Source: Dehalococcoidia bacterium (GTDB lineage: Bacteria > Chloroflexota > Dehalococcoidia > Lucifugimonadales > Australimonadaceae). From it: a DNA stretch of 64,000 nucleotides. Position numbers and translations under genes: made by a program. The notes under the pieces were generated by a model that did not search any database, was not told the DNA's origin, and saw only the letters and a list, made by a program, of their open reading frames with translations. Positions 25,063 to 35,234 of this stretch are shown one piece after another (the stretch's first letter is position 1; the number at the start of each line of letters is the position of its first letter). The stretch covers positions 950,379-1,014,378 of the forward strand of contig OZ251500.1 in the NCBI GenBank assembly GCA_965242755.1. Reading direction: 5' to 3'.

Positions 25063-25734
25063 CTACGCCTCTCCGCGCAGCAGCGCCGCCCGCAACTTGC
25101 GGCGCGCCTCGTCGCTCTTCCCGTCAAGCGCCAGCCGCAGCAACTCCTCGTCCATCGCCTCTTGCCACGCCTCCGGGGACGCGCTCTTGCCCTCCGCGCG
25201 CAACTCCGCCCGCACCGCCGCCAAGTCCTCCCCGGCGTCCGCCCATTGGAGGCACCGGCAGAACGGCTCGCCGCCGGCGCCTTGAGCGTCGCGCTCGCCG
25301 CCCATCAGTTCGCGCAGTTTGCGGGCGAGCGCGGGGCTCTCCCCGCCGGTGGAGATCGCGACCGCGACCGGCCCGCGCTCAACGACGGACGGCGCGATGA
25401 AGCCGCACAGATCCGGCGCGTCCGCGACGTTCAGCAGCGTTTTCTCGCGGAGGGACTCGGCGCGAATCTTGCGCTGCGTTTCCGGGTCGTCCGTCGCCGC
25501 GACAGCGATCCACGCGCCGGCGAGGTCGCCCGTCGCGTAGGCGCGACGGATCAGGCGGACGCGCCCCTCGCCGGCCAGACGCTCCAGTTCCGGCGTCGCG
25601 TCGGGGCTCACGAGCGTAACGTCCGCGCCCGACGCAAGCAACTGCGCGGCCTTCCGCTCCGCGACGGCCCCGCCGCCGACGACGACCGCCCGCAGCCCGG
25701 CGACATTCAGAAACGCAGGATAGTAGCGCGCCAA
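25063..25734 (-). CDS. Precorrin-2 dehydrogenase / sirohydrochlorin ferrochelatase (siroheme synthase N-terminal type)
   Basis: YPAFLNVAGLRAVVVGGGAVAERKAAQLL..GADVTLVSP. Confidence 0.8.
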   Translation of the reverse strand: MARYYPAFLNVAGLRAVVVGGGAVAERKAAQLLASGADVTLVSPDATPELERLAGEGRVRLIRRAYATGDLAGAWIAVAATDDPETQRKIRAESLREKTLLNVADAPDLCGFIAPSVVERGPVAVAISTGGESPALARKLRELMGGERDAQGAGGEPFCRCLQWADAGEDLAAVRAELRAEGKSASPEAWQEAMDEELLRLALDGKSDEARRKLRAALLRGEA

Positions 25735-25822
25735 CGTGCCCTCCCATTGCTCAATGGGATTATTCTACGCTACCCCCGCGCGCCGCCACGCGGCGGCTAT
25801 GCCTGCGGCGCTAGCGGCGCGC

Positions 25823-26103
25823 GGGATTCCCGCCTACGCGGGCGGTGCGGCAACCCTCACCCGCCGCTGCGCGGCTGCCCTCTCCCAGAAGGAGAGGGCG
25901 GGAGCGACGCTCCGCGTCGAGCTGGATTCCCGCCTACGCGGGCAGGGCGGCAACCCTCACCCGCCGCTGCGCGGCTGCCCTCTCCCAGAAGGAGAGGGCG
26001 GGATGGCGCTATCGCGCCGACTGGATTCCCGCCTACGCGGGAATGACGGTCTATGGAGCGCGTGCGCGACGGGTTGGGAGTTGCGCCTACGCGGCCAGGG
26101 CGG
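25823..26103. repeat. Mosaic repeat cluster with an internal ~97-bp tandem duplication
   Basis: ggattcccgcctacgcgggc.ggcggcaaccctcacccgccgctgcgcggctgccctctcccagaaggagagggcggga.. occurs twice in tandem, followed by a third ggattcccgcctacgcgggaatgacgg. Confidence 0.9.
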
Positions 26104-26120
26104 GCTCTTATGAGGTCTCC

Positions 26121-26876
26121 CTAGTGCACTTCCCTGCCGCCGTTCACTACGATCATCTGCCCGGTGATGAAGCGCGCGTCGTCGCTGAAGAGGAACGCCA
26201 TTACGCCCGTCAAGTCCTCGGGCACGCCGCGCCGGACGAGCGACGCCTCCGGCTCCGCGACGGCATCGTCCGCGCTCAGCGGCTCCTCCGTGTCCGATGT
26301 CGTCGAGCCCGGCGCCACCGTTACGACGTTGATGTTGTGTTGCCCCAACTCCCGCGCCACCGCCCGCGTGATGCCCGTGATCGCCGACTTCGACGCCACG
26401 TAGTGCGGATTCATCGCGTTCGGCCCCCGCGCGATCCGCAGCGTGCTCCCCGAACTCACGTTCACGATCGTCCCCGACCCCTGCTCCCGCATATACGGGA
26501 ACACGGCGCGAACGCCCAAGAACGTCCCGCGGGCGTTCACCGCGAACACGCGGTCCCACGTTTCCATGTCCACGTCCAAGATGGACTTCACTTCCAGGCC
26601 GCGCATCATCCCCGCGTTGTTGAGCAGCCCGTCTATGCGCCCGTACTCCGCATGCGTCCGGCGCGCCATCTCCAGCGTCTCCTCTTCGGATGACACGTCG
26701 ACGCGCATCGGCAGAACCTCCGCCCCCTCGGCGCGGCACAACTCCGCCGTCTTGCCGACGTCCTGCACGTCCGCGACGGTGAGCCGCGCGCCTTCCCGCG
26801 CGAACCGGACTGCGTACTGCCGCCCCAAGCCGCCCGCCGCGCCCGTAACGATGATCGCCTTGCCTTCCAACCGCAT
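26121..26876 (-). CDS. SDR-family oxidoreductase
   Basis: KAIIVTGAAGGLGRQYA (TGxxxGxG), NNAG, YVASK (YxxxK). Confidence 0.85.
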   Translation of the reverse strand: MRLEGKAIIVTGAAGGLGRQYAVRFAREGARLTVADVQDVGKTAELCRAEGAEVLPMRVDVSSEEETLEMARRTHAEYGRIDGLLNNAGMMRGLEVKSILDVDMETWDRVFAVNARGTFLGVRAVFPYMREQGSGTIVNVSSGSTLRIARGPNAMNPHYVASKSAITGITRAVARELGQHNINVVTVAPGSTTSDTEEPLSADDAVAEPEASLVRRGVPEDLTGVMAFLFSDDARFITGQMIVVNGGREVH

Positions 26877-26954
26877 CGCGTCCCTCCTACTTCGGAACCT
26901 CGCGCGTAGTCTACCCGCTTTCGCGGGGAGGCGATGCGTCGCTGTGTTCGGGGA

Positions 26955-27065
26955 AACGGGGCGCGACGCGCCCCGTCATGGCGCTTGCGCGCCGACTGAT
27001 TCCCGCCTACGCGGGAATGACGGTTGGTTAGGCAAAGGTCTCCGATGGCGGGAGAGGGACAGGGG
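26955..27065. repeat. Mosaic repeat cluster
   Basis: acggggcgcgacgcgccccgtc, gattcccgcctacgcgggaatgacgg, ttaggcaaaggtctcc, gggagaggga. Confidence 0.8.
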
Positions 27066-27284
27066 CGCGGGTTGACCTGCGCCGCGCCTTCCCCGCCGCA
27101 GCCGGGAGGGCGCGGCGCCGGCGCGCTAGCGGGCGAGCGCGGCCTCTTTCGCCTCGTCGGTTTGCCGGGCGCGGCGTTCAATGGCCTCGACCGACGGCAT
27201 GCCTTGCCGGAGCCGCCATTGCGCTTCCAAGTGGTTGTCATGCCTTCGCCGCGCATGGCATGCCATTGCTCCAAGAGTTTCAGC

Positions 27285-27363
27285 CGCGCTGCGGGAGCGG
27301 GAAGCGTACTACCACGCGGAGCGCCCGCATCAGTCGCTTCGTTGGTTGAGTCCTATGGAGTAG
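27285..27363 (+). pseudogene. Possible C-terminal relic of a DDE (rve-type) transposase
   Basis: ..LREREAYYHAERPHQSLRWLSPME-stop resembles the YN..RPHqsLg..tP tail of IS3/IS481-type integrase cores. Only about 25 codons remain. Confidence 0.3.
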
Positions 27364-27491
27364 CAACACATGAGGACGACTCCTAACCCCCGCTGTCTCA
27401 TATGTATGGGGCGAGTCACAGGATTGACGCTCGCCCGGAACCGCGCTAGCCTTAGCTAAGGATAAGCGGGTTGCGAAGAAGGAGGCGCGCG

Positions 27492-27773
27492 ATGGTGCAA
27501 GTGAATATGCACGAGGCGAAGGCGCAACTCTCCCGGCTAGGGGAACTGGCCTGCAAGGGAGAGCGCGTCGTGATCGCCAAGAACGGCAAGCCCTACCTCG
27601 ACCTGGTCCCGCACCAGGAGGAGAAGCGGCGCGAGCCCCGCAAGTTGGGCATACTCAAGGAGCAGGGCTGGCCCGAGCCGGAGTACCGGAAGTTCACGGA
27701 GGACGAGTTGCGGGAGATGTTCGGCGAGGACATCATCGGGCCGCCCAGCGAGGACGAGCGGCGGTCGTCATGA
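27492..27773 (+). CDS. Phd/YefM-type antitoxin, copy 1
   Basis: GAAGGAGG RBS. MVQVNMHEAKAQLSRLGELACKGERVVIAKNGKPYLDLVP. ATGA overlap with the PIN gene. Confidence 0.8.
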   Translation: MVQVNMHEAKAQLSRLGELACKGERVVIAKNGKPYLDLVPHQEEKRREPRKLGILKEQGWPEPEYRKFTEDELREMFGEDIIGPPSEDERRSS

Positions 27774-28153
27774 GGTTGCTGCTGGATTCCCACGCGCTCC
27801 TCTGGACGTTCTGGAACAGCCCGCGGCTCGGAACGTTCGCGCGAGCCGCCGTCCGCAGCCCAGACAACGCGGTGTTCGTGAGCGTCGCGAGCATATGGGA
27901 ACTCGCCGTCAAGCGAGCGTCGGGCAAGATCGACGCGCCGGGGAACCTCGTAAGCCTGTGCCAAGAGCAATCGTTCGCTTTGCTCGGCATAGAGCCGTTC
28001 CACGCGGAGCAAGCGGCGAGTCTGCCGATGCACCACCGCGACCCGTTCGACCGGATGCTGATCGCGCAAGCGCAAGCCGAGGGGCTGATCATCGTCACGG
28101 CGGACGCGGCGATCCGGCGTTATGGCGTCCGGACAATGCCGGCGGACGAGTAG
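27770..28153 (+). CDS. PIN-domain toxin (VapC), copy 1
   Basis: MRLLLDSHALLW..SIWELAVK..HHRDPFDRMLIAQA..IVTAD. Confidence 0.85.
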   Translation: MRLLLDSHALLWTFWNSPRLGTFARAAVRSPDNAVFVSVASIWELAVKRASGKIDAPGNLVSLCQEQSFALLGIEPFHAEQAASLPMHHRDPFDRMLIAQAQAEGLIIVTADAAIRRYGVRTMPADE

Positions 28154-28206
28154 CGAGTCGCGGCTGCAGGATAAGCGGCTTGCGAAGAGCAAACAGGAGG
28201 CGCGCG

Positions 28207-28470
28207 ATGGTGCAAGTGAATATGCACGAGGCGAAGGCGCAACTCTCCCGGCTGGGGGAGCTGGCCTGCAAGGGAGAGCGCGTCGTGATCGCCAAGAACG
28301 GCAAGCCCTACCTCGACATGGTGCCGCACCAGGAGGAGAAGCGGCGCGAGCCCCGCCAACTCGGCGGGTACGAAGGCCAGATCCGGATCGGGCCGGGTTT
28401 CGAGTGGTCGGACGAGGAAATCGACGAGTACCTCAACCTCGACGACCCGAACGATCCGCTGAAATGGTAG
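28207..28470 (+). CDS. Phd/YefM-type antitoxin, copy 2
   Basis: All but 1 of the first 47 aa match copy 1 (L37M). The C-terminal half is unrelated (GGYEGQIRIGPGFEWSDEEIDEYLNLDDPNDPLKW). Confidence 0.8.
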   Translation: MVQVNMHEAKAQLSRLGELACKGERVVIAKNGKPYLDMVPHQEEKRREPRQLGGYEGQIRIGPGFEWSDEEIDEYLNLDDPNDPLKW

Positions 28471-28481
28471 GCGGCGCGCCG

Positions 28482-28865
28482 ATGCGGTTGCTGCTCGACT
28501 CGCACACGCTGCTCTGGAGCCTGAGCGATGTTCCTCGTTTGGGCGAGGTTGCGCGAGAGGCTATCCGCAGCCCGGACAACGAGGTGTTCGTGAGCGCCGT
28601 GAGTATGTGGGAACTGGGGACGAAGCGGCGGAAGGGTCAATTGGACGCGCCGGACGACCTCGCCTCCATCGTTGAGCGGCGCGGGTTCACGCCGCTTCCG
28701 CTGTCGCTCTTCCATGCGGAGCAGGCCACGCTCTTGCCGATGCACCACCGCGACCCGTTCGACCGGATGCTGGTCGCGCAAGCGCAGCCCGAGGGGCTGG
28801 TCATCGTAACGGCGGACGCGGCGATCCTACGTTACGGCGTCCGGACGATGCCGGCGGACGAGTAG
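28482..28865 (+). CDS. PIN-domain toxin (VapC), copy 2
   Basis: MRLLLDSHTLLW..SMWELGTK..HHRDPFDRMLVAQA..IVTAD. The C-terminal ~40 aa nearly match copy 1. Confidence 0.85.
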   Translation: MRLLLDSHTLLWSLSDVPRLGEVAREAIRSPDNEVFVSAVSMWELGTKRRKGQLDAPDDLASIVERRGFTPLPLSLFHAEQATLLPMHHRDPFDRMLVAQAQPEGLVIVTADAAILRYGVRTMPADE

Positions 28866-28875
28866 CGCGGAGCGG

Positions 28876-29754
28876 TTACGCGAATGACTCCCACGGCAGC
28901 GACGGCTCCGCCGCTAGCGCGACGAACGCTAGCGCGAGGTGCAGCAGCGAGTACTTGTACGCCGCCCGCGTCTCCTTCGCGCCCGCCCCGCGCAGCAGCG
29001 GCCACGCCAAGCGCAGCCAGTTCACGCCCAGCAGCGTCCCAACGACGGCGAACGTCCACCCGCCGTAGCCCGCCGCAAGCGGCAACCACGCCATCGCCGT
29101 CAGCAGCGCCGCGTACAGCAGAATCTGCGTCGCCGTGTCGCGTTGGCTCGCCACCGCCCCTAGCATCGGCGTCTTCGCGGCGGCGTAGTCCTCGCGCAGC
29201 AGCAGCGACAGCGCCCAAAAGTGCGGCGGCGTCCAAAAGAACACGAACGCGAACATATACAGCCCCGCCGGCGTGACCTCCCCCGCGACCGCCGCCGACC
29301 CGATGAGCGGCGGAAACGCCCCCGCCGCCCCGCCGATCACGATGTTGTTCCAAGACCGCCGCTTCAGCAGCATCGTGTAGACGAGAACGTAGACGGCGGC
29401 GGCGGCGAGCGTCAGCGCGGCGGCGAGCGCGTTCGCCCCGGCCAGCATCAGCGCGCACGCCAGCGCGACGAGCGCAACGCCGATGATCACCGCGCCCCGC
29501 GCGCTCATCTGCTCCGACGGCACGGGCCGCGTCCGCGTCCGCCGCATCGCCGCGTCTATGTCGGCGTCTAGCCCCTGGTTGATCGCGTTCGCGCCCGCCG
29601 CCGCAAGCGCCCCTGCGGTGACCACCGTCAGCAGGACGACGCCGTCGGGAACGCCGCCCGCCTCCTTCCACGCGCCCGCCGCTCCAGTCACCACGAGCAG
29701 CGATATGACGCGCAACTTGGCGAGCGCCGCGACGCGCCGGAGAAAGGCCGTCAC
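28876..29754 (-). CDS. ctaB: Protoheme IX farnesyltransferase (heme O synthase)
   Basis: NAINQGLDADIDAAMRRTRTRP, NIVIGGAAGAFPPLIG, FFWTPPHFWAL. GTG start in a GTGA overlap with the ctaA stop. Confidence 0.9.
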   Translation of the reverse strand: MTAFLRRVAALAKLRVISLLVVTGAAGAWKEAGGVPDGVVLLTVVTAGALAAAGANAINQGLDADIDAAMRRTRTRPVPSEQMSARGAVIIGVALVALACALMLAGANALAAALTLAAAAVYVLVYTMLLKRRSWNNIVIGGAAGAFPPLIGSAAVAGEVTPAGLYMFAFVFFWTPPHFWALSLLLREDYAAAKTPMLGAVASQRDTATQILLYAALLTAMAWLPLAAGYGGWTFAVVGTLLGVNWLRLAWPLLRGAGAKETRAAYKYSLLHLALAFVALAAEPSLPWESFA

Positions 29755-30650
29755 CGCGCCTTCCGCCCGATCAGCGCGAAACTCAATTGCGCGGCCACGC
29801 CCCACCAAGTCGCCGCCGCAAGCGCCAAGTGCAGCACCCGCAGCGCGTCCGGCAGCCGCAGCCACACCGCGCTCACGCCGACGGCGAACTGCGCGAGCGC
29901 GACCAGCGCGACCGCCGCGCTCATTCCATACGCCGCGCCTCCCGTCCTCCGCGCCTGCCACGCCGTCCAGAGAAACGCCAGAACGAGCGCCGTCCCCGCG
30001 ATCCGATGGACGCTGTGAATCCCGGCCGCCTCCGCGCTGCTCCGCGCGTCGCACAACGGCAGTCCCGGGCACCCCGCGCTCTGCCCCGTTCCCACGATCG
30101 CGCCGCCCGCGAGCACGACGAACGCCGTGGCGACGGCGAGCGCCCGCCATCGCTTTACGTTGGGGGGCGGCGCGAGCCGGATGTCCAGCGCCTTCACGCC
30201 GCCGCCCGTCAGCAGCGCGAGCGTCAGCAGAGAGAACGCCAAGTGCGCGAGCCGCCACATCCCGTGCAACTCCGTGAGCACCGTGACGCCGCCCAGCGCC
30301 GCCTGCGCGAGAATCGCGGCCAGCGCTCCCGCGAGCAATTTCGCCGCCGCGGGATCGCTCCGCCGGGCGCGGAACGCGAAGAAGAACGCAGCGGCGGTCG
30401 CAAGCATCGTTATCCCCGCGTAGACGCGGTGGCCGAACTCGATGCCCGTCGCGCCCTCGATCCCCGGAACGAGCGCGCCCTCGCACAGCGGCCACTCCAG
30501 GACGCCGCCGCCCTCGCCGCAACCCAAGCCGGAGCCCGACACGCGCACCCACGCGCCGTAGGCGATGAGCCCCAGCGTCAGCGCCGCCGCGATCAGCGCG
30601 ACCCATCCCGCCCGGCGGGAGTCCGCGCGATGCGTTTCGCGCCCCTCCAT
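29751..30650 (-). CDS. ctaA: Heme A synthase (COX15/CtaA)
   Basis: Multi-pass membrane protein. GSGLGCGEGGGVLEWPLC, HR motifs (EFGHRVYAG, SVHRIAG). Confidence 0.8.
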   Translation of the reverse strand: MEGRETHRADSRRAGWVALIAAALTLGLIAYGAWVRVSGSGLGCGEGGGVLEWPLCEGALVPGIEGATGIEFGHRVYAGITMLATAAAFFFAFRARRSDPAAAKLLAGALAAILAQAALGGVTVLTELHGMWRLAHLAFSLLTLALLTGGGVKALDIRLAPPPNVKRWRALAVATAFVVLAGGAIVGTGQSAGCPGLPLCDARSSAEAAGIHSVHRIAGTALVLAFLWTAWQARRTGGAAYGMSAAVALVALAQFAVGVSAVWLRLPDALRVLHLALAAATWWGVAAQLSFALIGRKAR

Positions 30651-30684
30651 CCCTATGTCCCGCTCCGCCGCGCGGCCGTCCGCC

Positions 30685-30891
30685 TCATCGCCGCGCCCCC
30701 CAAGAGACGACGACGAGCAGCGCGATGAGCCCCGCGGGCAATAGCGTCCAAACGACCTCCGCCGCCCGCGACCCGACGACGCTCCGCGCGTAGCCGGGCC
30801 GAACGCGCATACGCAAAGCCGCGCCGATGATCGCCGCTTCCGCGAGCGCCATAAGAGAGACGACGATCCAAAATCCTGCGGGTGACGTCAT
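30685..30891 (-). CDS. Small 2-TM membrane protein upstream of ctaA
   Basis: 68 aa with two hydrophobic helices. A TAGAAT-containing upstream region lies near 30945-30950 (minus strand). Confidence 0.45.
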   Translation of the reverse strand: MTSPAGFWIVVSLMALAEAAIIGAALRMRVRPGYARSVVGSRAAEVVWTLLPAGLIALLVVVSWGARR

Positions 30892-31027
30892 TAGCGTAGC
30901 GCGGGGCCGCGCCTCGCGTCCGGAGACGGAGGGGCCGCGCCTCGCTATTCTACCCCATCGCCCGCCCGCCCCGCCAATCGCGAACGGCGCGCCCTACAGA
31001 GCCTTGCTAACTCCCCGCGCCCGGTAG

Positions 31028-31285
31028 ATCCCGCGAAAGCCGGAATGACTAGGCGCTTGCGGCGGGAGAGGAGCGGCGCAGTCGCGCCGGACTGGATTCC
31101 CGCCTACGCGGGAATGACGGCAGGTTATGCGGGAATGACTAGGCGTTTGCGGCGGGAGAGGAGCGGCGCAGTCGCGCCGGCCTGGATTCCCGCCTACGCG
31201 GGCAGGGCGGTAGGTTATGCGGACGGCAGGTTATGCCGGAATGGCGGCAGGTTACGCGGACAGGGCGGTAAGTATGCAAAGACCG
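31028..31285. repeat. Mosaic repeat cluster with an internal ~88-bp tandem duplication
   Basis: ggaatgactaggcg.ttgcggcgggagaggagcggcgcagtcgcgccgg.ctggattcccgcctacgcgg.. occurs twice. It is followed by four loose copies of a gc(a/g)g-(g/t)tta(t/c)gc-(g/c)g (ggttatgc-like) motif. Confidence 0.9.
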
Positions 31286-31286
31286 C

Positions 31287-32888
31287 CTACAGCGGCGACG
31301 CCACCGGGCCGAACGGAACCTCGATCAGCGTCGGGGCGTCGTCCGAGGCGACGGCGCCGCGGAGCGCGGCCTCGAGCGCGGCGGGGCTCTCCGCGCGGAG
31401 GCCGCGCGCGCCGTAAGCCTCGGCGAGTTTCACGAAATCAGGGTTGCGGAGGCGCGCCCCGACCACCCGCCCGTCGAACCGCTCCTCCAAGTCGCGCAGC
31501 ACGTTCCCGTAGGCGTTGTCGTTGAACACGACGACGACGGCGTTGATCCCGTGCTGAACGGCCGTCGCCAGTTCCTGCGAGTTGAAGAGGAAGCCGCCGT
31601 CGCCGGAAATCGCGACGACCGCCCTCTGCGGCTGCGCCGCCTTCGCGCCGATCGCCGTCGGCCAGGCGAAGCCGAGATTGCCAAAATACGAGGAGTTGAG
31701 GTACGTCCCCGGACGCTCGACCGGGTAGAAGAGGCGGCTGTAGTAGCCGAGTTGCGTCATTCCCGCGACGAGAATTCCGTCCGGCGGAATCGCGGCGCGG
31801 ACGGCGCGGAGGTAGGAGTCGAGCGGCTCGATGCGGAGCGCCGGGCCGAACCGCGCCGCGCGCAACTTGTCCAGCATCGCCCGCTTGCTCTCCGCAGGCG
31901 CCGTCAAATCCTCAAGGGCGGCGGCGAGTTTTTCGAGCGTCGCCTTCGCGTCGCCGACCACGCCAACTGTGTTGGCGAAGTTGCGGCCAATCTCGTCGGG
32001 GTCAATATCGATCTGCGCGACCCGCGCGTCGTGCGTGATCTGCGCGGTTGCGAAGCGCGTGCCGACGGCGAGGAAGACATCGTGGTGCGCGAGATGCGCG
32101 CGGAAGTCGTCGGCGCGCGACTTCAGCGAGCCGATGCTGAGATGGTGCGAGTCGGGAATCGCGCCCTTGCCCTCGTGCGTCGTCATCACGGGCGCCTGCA
32201 GATGCTCCGCGACGCGGAGGAGCGCGTCCGATGCGCCCGACGAGATGACGCCGCCGCCCGCCCAAACGATAGGCGCCTTCGCGCCGGCGAGAAGCCGCGC
32301 CGCCCGCTCGACGTCGGCGTCGGACGCGGCCTCGCGCCGGTAGTCGCCGGGCTCCAGCAGGTCAACGTCGGCGGTTTCCGCCAGCGCCTCCGGCGGCGCC
32401 TCGATCTCGACCGGGCGCGGGCGCCCCGTCCGCAGTTCGCGGAACGCCTCTTGGACGACGGAGGGAACGTCGGCGGCGCGGAGCGCGCGGAACGCGGCCT
32501 TCGTGATCGGGCGGATCGCGTCCTGCTGATCGTTGACCTCGTGCAGAATTCCGACGTCCTTGCCGATGAGGTCGCGCTGCACCTGCCCGGAGACGACGAG
32601 TATGGGCGACGACGCGGCGTAGGCCGTGCCGATCCCGGCGGCGGCGTTCAGCAATCCGGGGCCGGGGACGACCATCGCGGTTCCGGTTCCGCCGCCCGCG
32701 CGGGTGAAGCCGTCCGCCATATACGCCGTCGCCTGCTCGTGGCGGACCGTGATGAAGCGCATGCCCGGCTCGTCGAGGATGGGGTCGGCGGCGTGGTACA
32801 TCTGAACGCCGGGGAGGCCGAAGACGACCTCCGCCCCTTCGCGGCGCATCGATCTGACGAGCGCCTGTCCGCCGGTCATTTGGGGCAT
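31287..32888 (-). CDS. Thiamine pyrophosphate-dependent enzyme (acetolactate synthase large subunit-like)
   Basis: GAEVVFGLPG, RHEQATAYMADG, and the C-terminal GDGGF..N..YG TPP-binding motif. Confidence 0.85.
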   Translation of the reverse strand: MPQMTGGQALVRSMRREGAEVVFGLPGVQMYHAADPILDEPGMRFITVRHEQATAYMADGFTRAGGGTGTAMVVPGPGLLNAAAGIGTAYAASSPILVVSGQVQRDLIGKDVGILHEVNDQQDAIRPITKAAFRALRAADVPSVVQEAFRELRTGRPRPVEIEAPPEALAETADVDLLEPGDYRREAASDADVERAARLLAGAKAPIVWAGGGVISSGASDALLRVAEHLQAPVMTTHEGKGAIPDSHHLSIGSLKSRADDFRAHLAHHDVFLAVGTRFATAQITHDARVAQIDIDPDEIGRNFANTVGVVGDAKATLEKLAAALEDLTAPAESKRAMLDKLRAARFGPALRIEPLDSYLRAVRAAIPPDGILVAGMTQLGYYSRLFYPVERPGTYLNSSYFGNLGFAWPTAIGAKAAQPQRAVVAISGDGGFLFNSQELATAVQHGINAVVVVFNDNAYGNVLRDLEERFDGRVVGARLRNPDFVKLAEAYGARGLRAESPAALEAALRGAVASDDAPTLIEVPFGPVASPL

Positions 32889-32933
32889 AGGGCGGGTTCC
32901 TCCTCGCGGAATGCGGCGCGAGTATACACGCCG

Positions 32934-33266
32934 CTAGGCGCGCCGCGCGCTCGCGCCCCCTAGCGCGGAGCCGACGACGCCCCCCGCGAAGAACCACCCC
33001 AGCAGCCCCCCGCCAAGCCCAGCCGCCCACGATACGGGAATCCAACCGAGCCAAGCGACGAGCAACAGAATCCCCATCACCGGCGCGGCGAGCAGCGCGG
33101 CCATGAGCAAGCCGAGGAGCAGCGCCTGCCCTTGCGAGCATTCGGCGCGGACGCCCGCCATATAGCCGCCGATCAGGGGCGCGGGCAGCCAAGTGATGAA
33201 GTGCAGCACGGGAATGAGCACGAGGCCAAAGGTTATCGCCGCGCCCGCGAGAGCCGCTCTGAACAT
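32934..33266 (-). CDS. Small multi-pass membrane protein
   Basis: 110 aa, almost entirely hydrophobic helices. Confidence 0.45.
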   Translation of the reverse strand: MFRAALAGAAITFGLVLIPVLHFITWLPAPLIGGYMAGVRAECSQGQALLLGLLMAALLAAPVMGILLLVAWLGWIPVSWAAGLGGGLLGWFFAGGVVGSALGGASARRA

Positions 33267-33379
33267 CTGCGCCGCCTCCGACTATCCTGCGAATTCGCGC
33301 CGCCCGCCCGCCGGCGTCTCGGCCAGGCGCTAGGTTAGCAAGCAATTGGAGGGATTCGCAGGATACCTACCATGGGGAA

Positions 33380-33500
33380 CCCTTGCATAACTCCTTGCGT
33401 CCAGTAGGTTCCTGCTTTCGCGGGGCAGGCCGGGCGCATACGTCGGAGAGGAGCGGCGCTTCGCGCCGACTGGATTCCCGCCTACGCGGGAATGACGGCA
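33380..33500. repeat. Mosaic repeat cluster
   Basis: cccttgcataactccttgcgtccagtaggttcctgctttcgcgggg .. ggagaggagcggcgcttcgcgccgactggattcccgcctacgcgggaatgacgg. Confidence 0.85.
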
Positions 33501-33515
33501 AACCTTACGGATGCG

Positions 33516-35234
<1,719 letters not shown>

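Noticed and set aside
23047-26046. 999-aa ORF on the plus strand
   Set aside because: It is antisense to hemC, hemA and the sirC-like gene, all of which have clear family motifs. The translation is Arg/Ala/Pro/Gly-rich low complexity, typical of shadow ORFs in high-GC DNA. It also reads through repeat elements at its 3' end.
27127-27270. Minus-strand fragment ..QGMPSVEAIERRARQTDEAKEAALAR-stop as a gene (possible HTH/IS OrfA relic)
   Set aside because: It is only a short open stretch without start or RBS. Its similarity to IS3-type OrfA is impressionistic. It is kept only as context for the plus-strand transposase relic at 27285-27363.
28876-30606. 576-aa minus-strand ORF spanning ctaB and ctaA
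   Set aside because: Only the C-terminal 292 aa (from GTG 29754) is CtaB. The upstream part is an out-of-frame read across ctaA, which has its own frame and a GTGA stop/start overlap.
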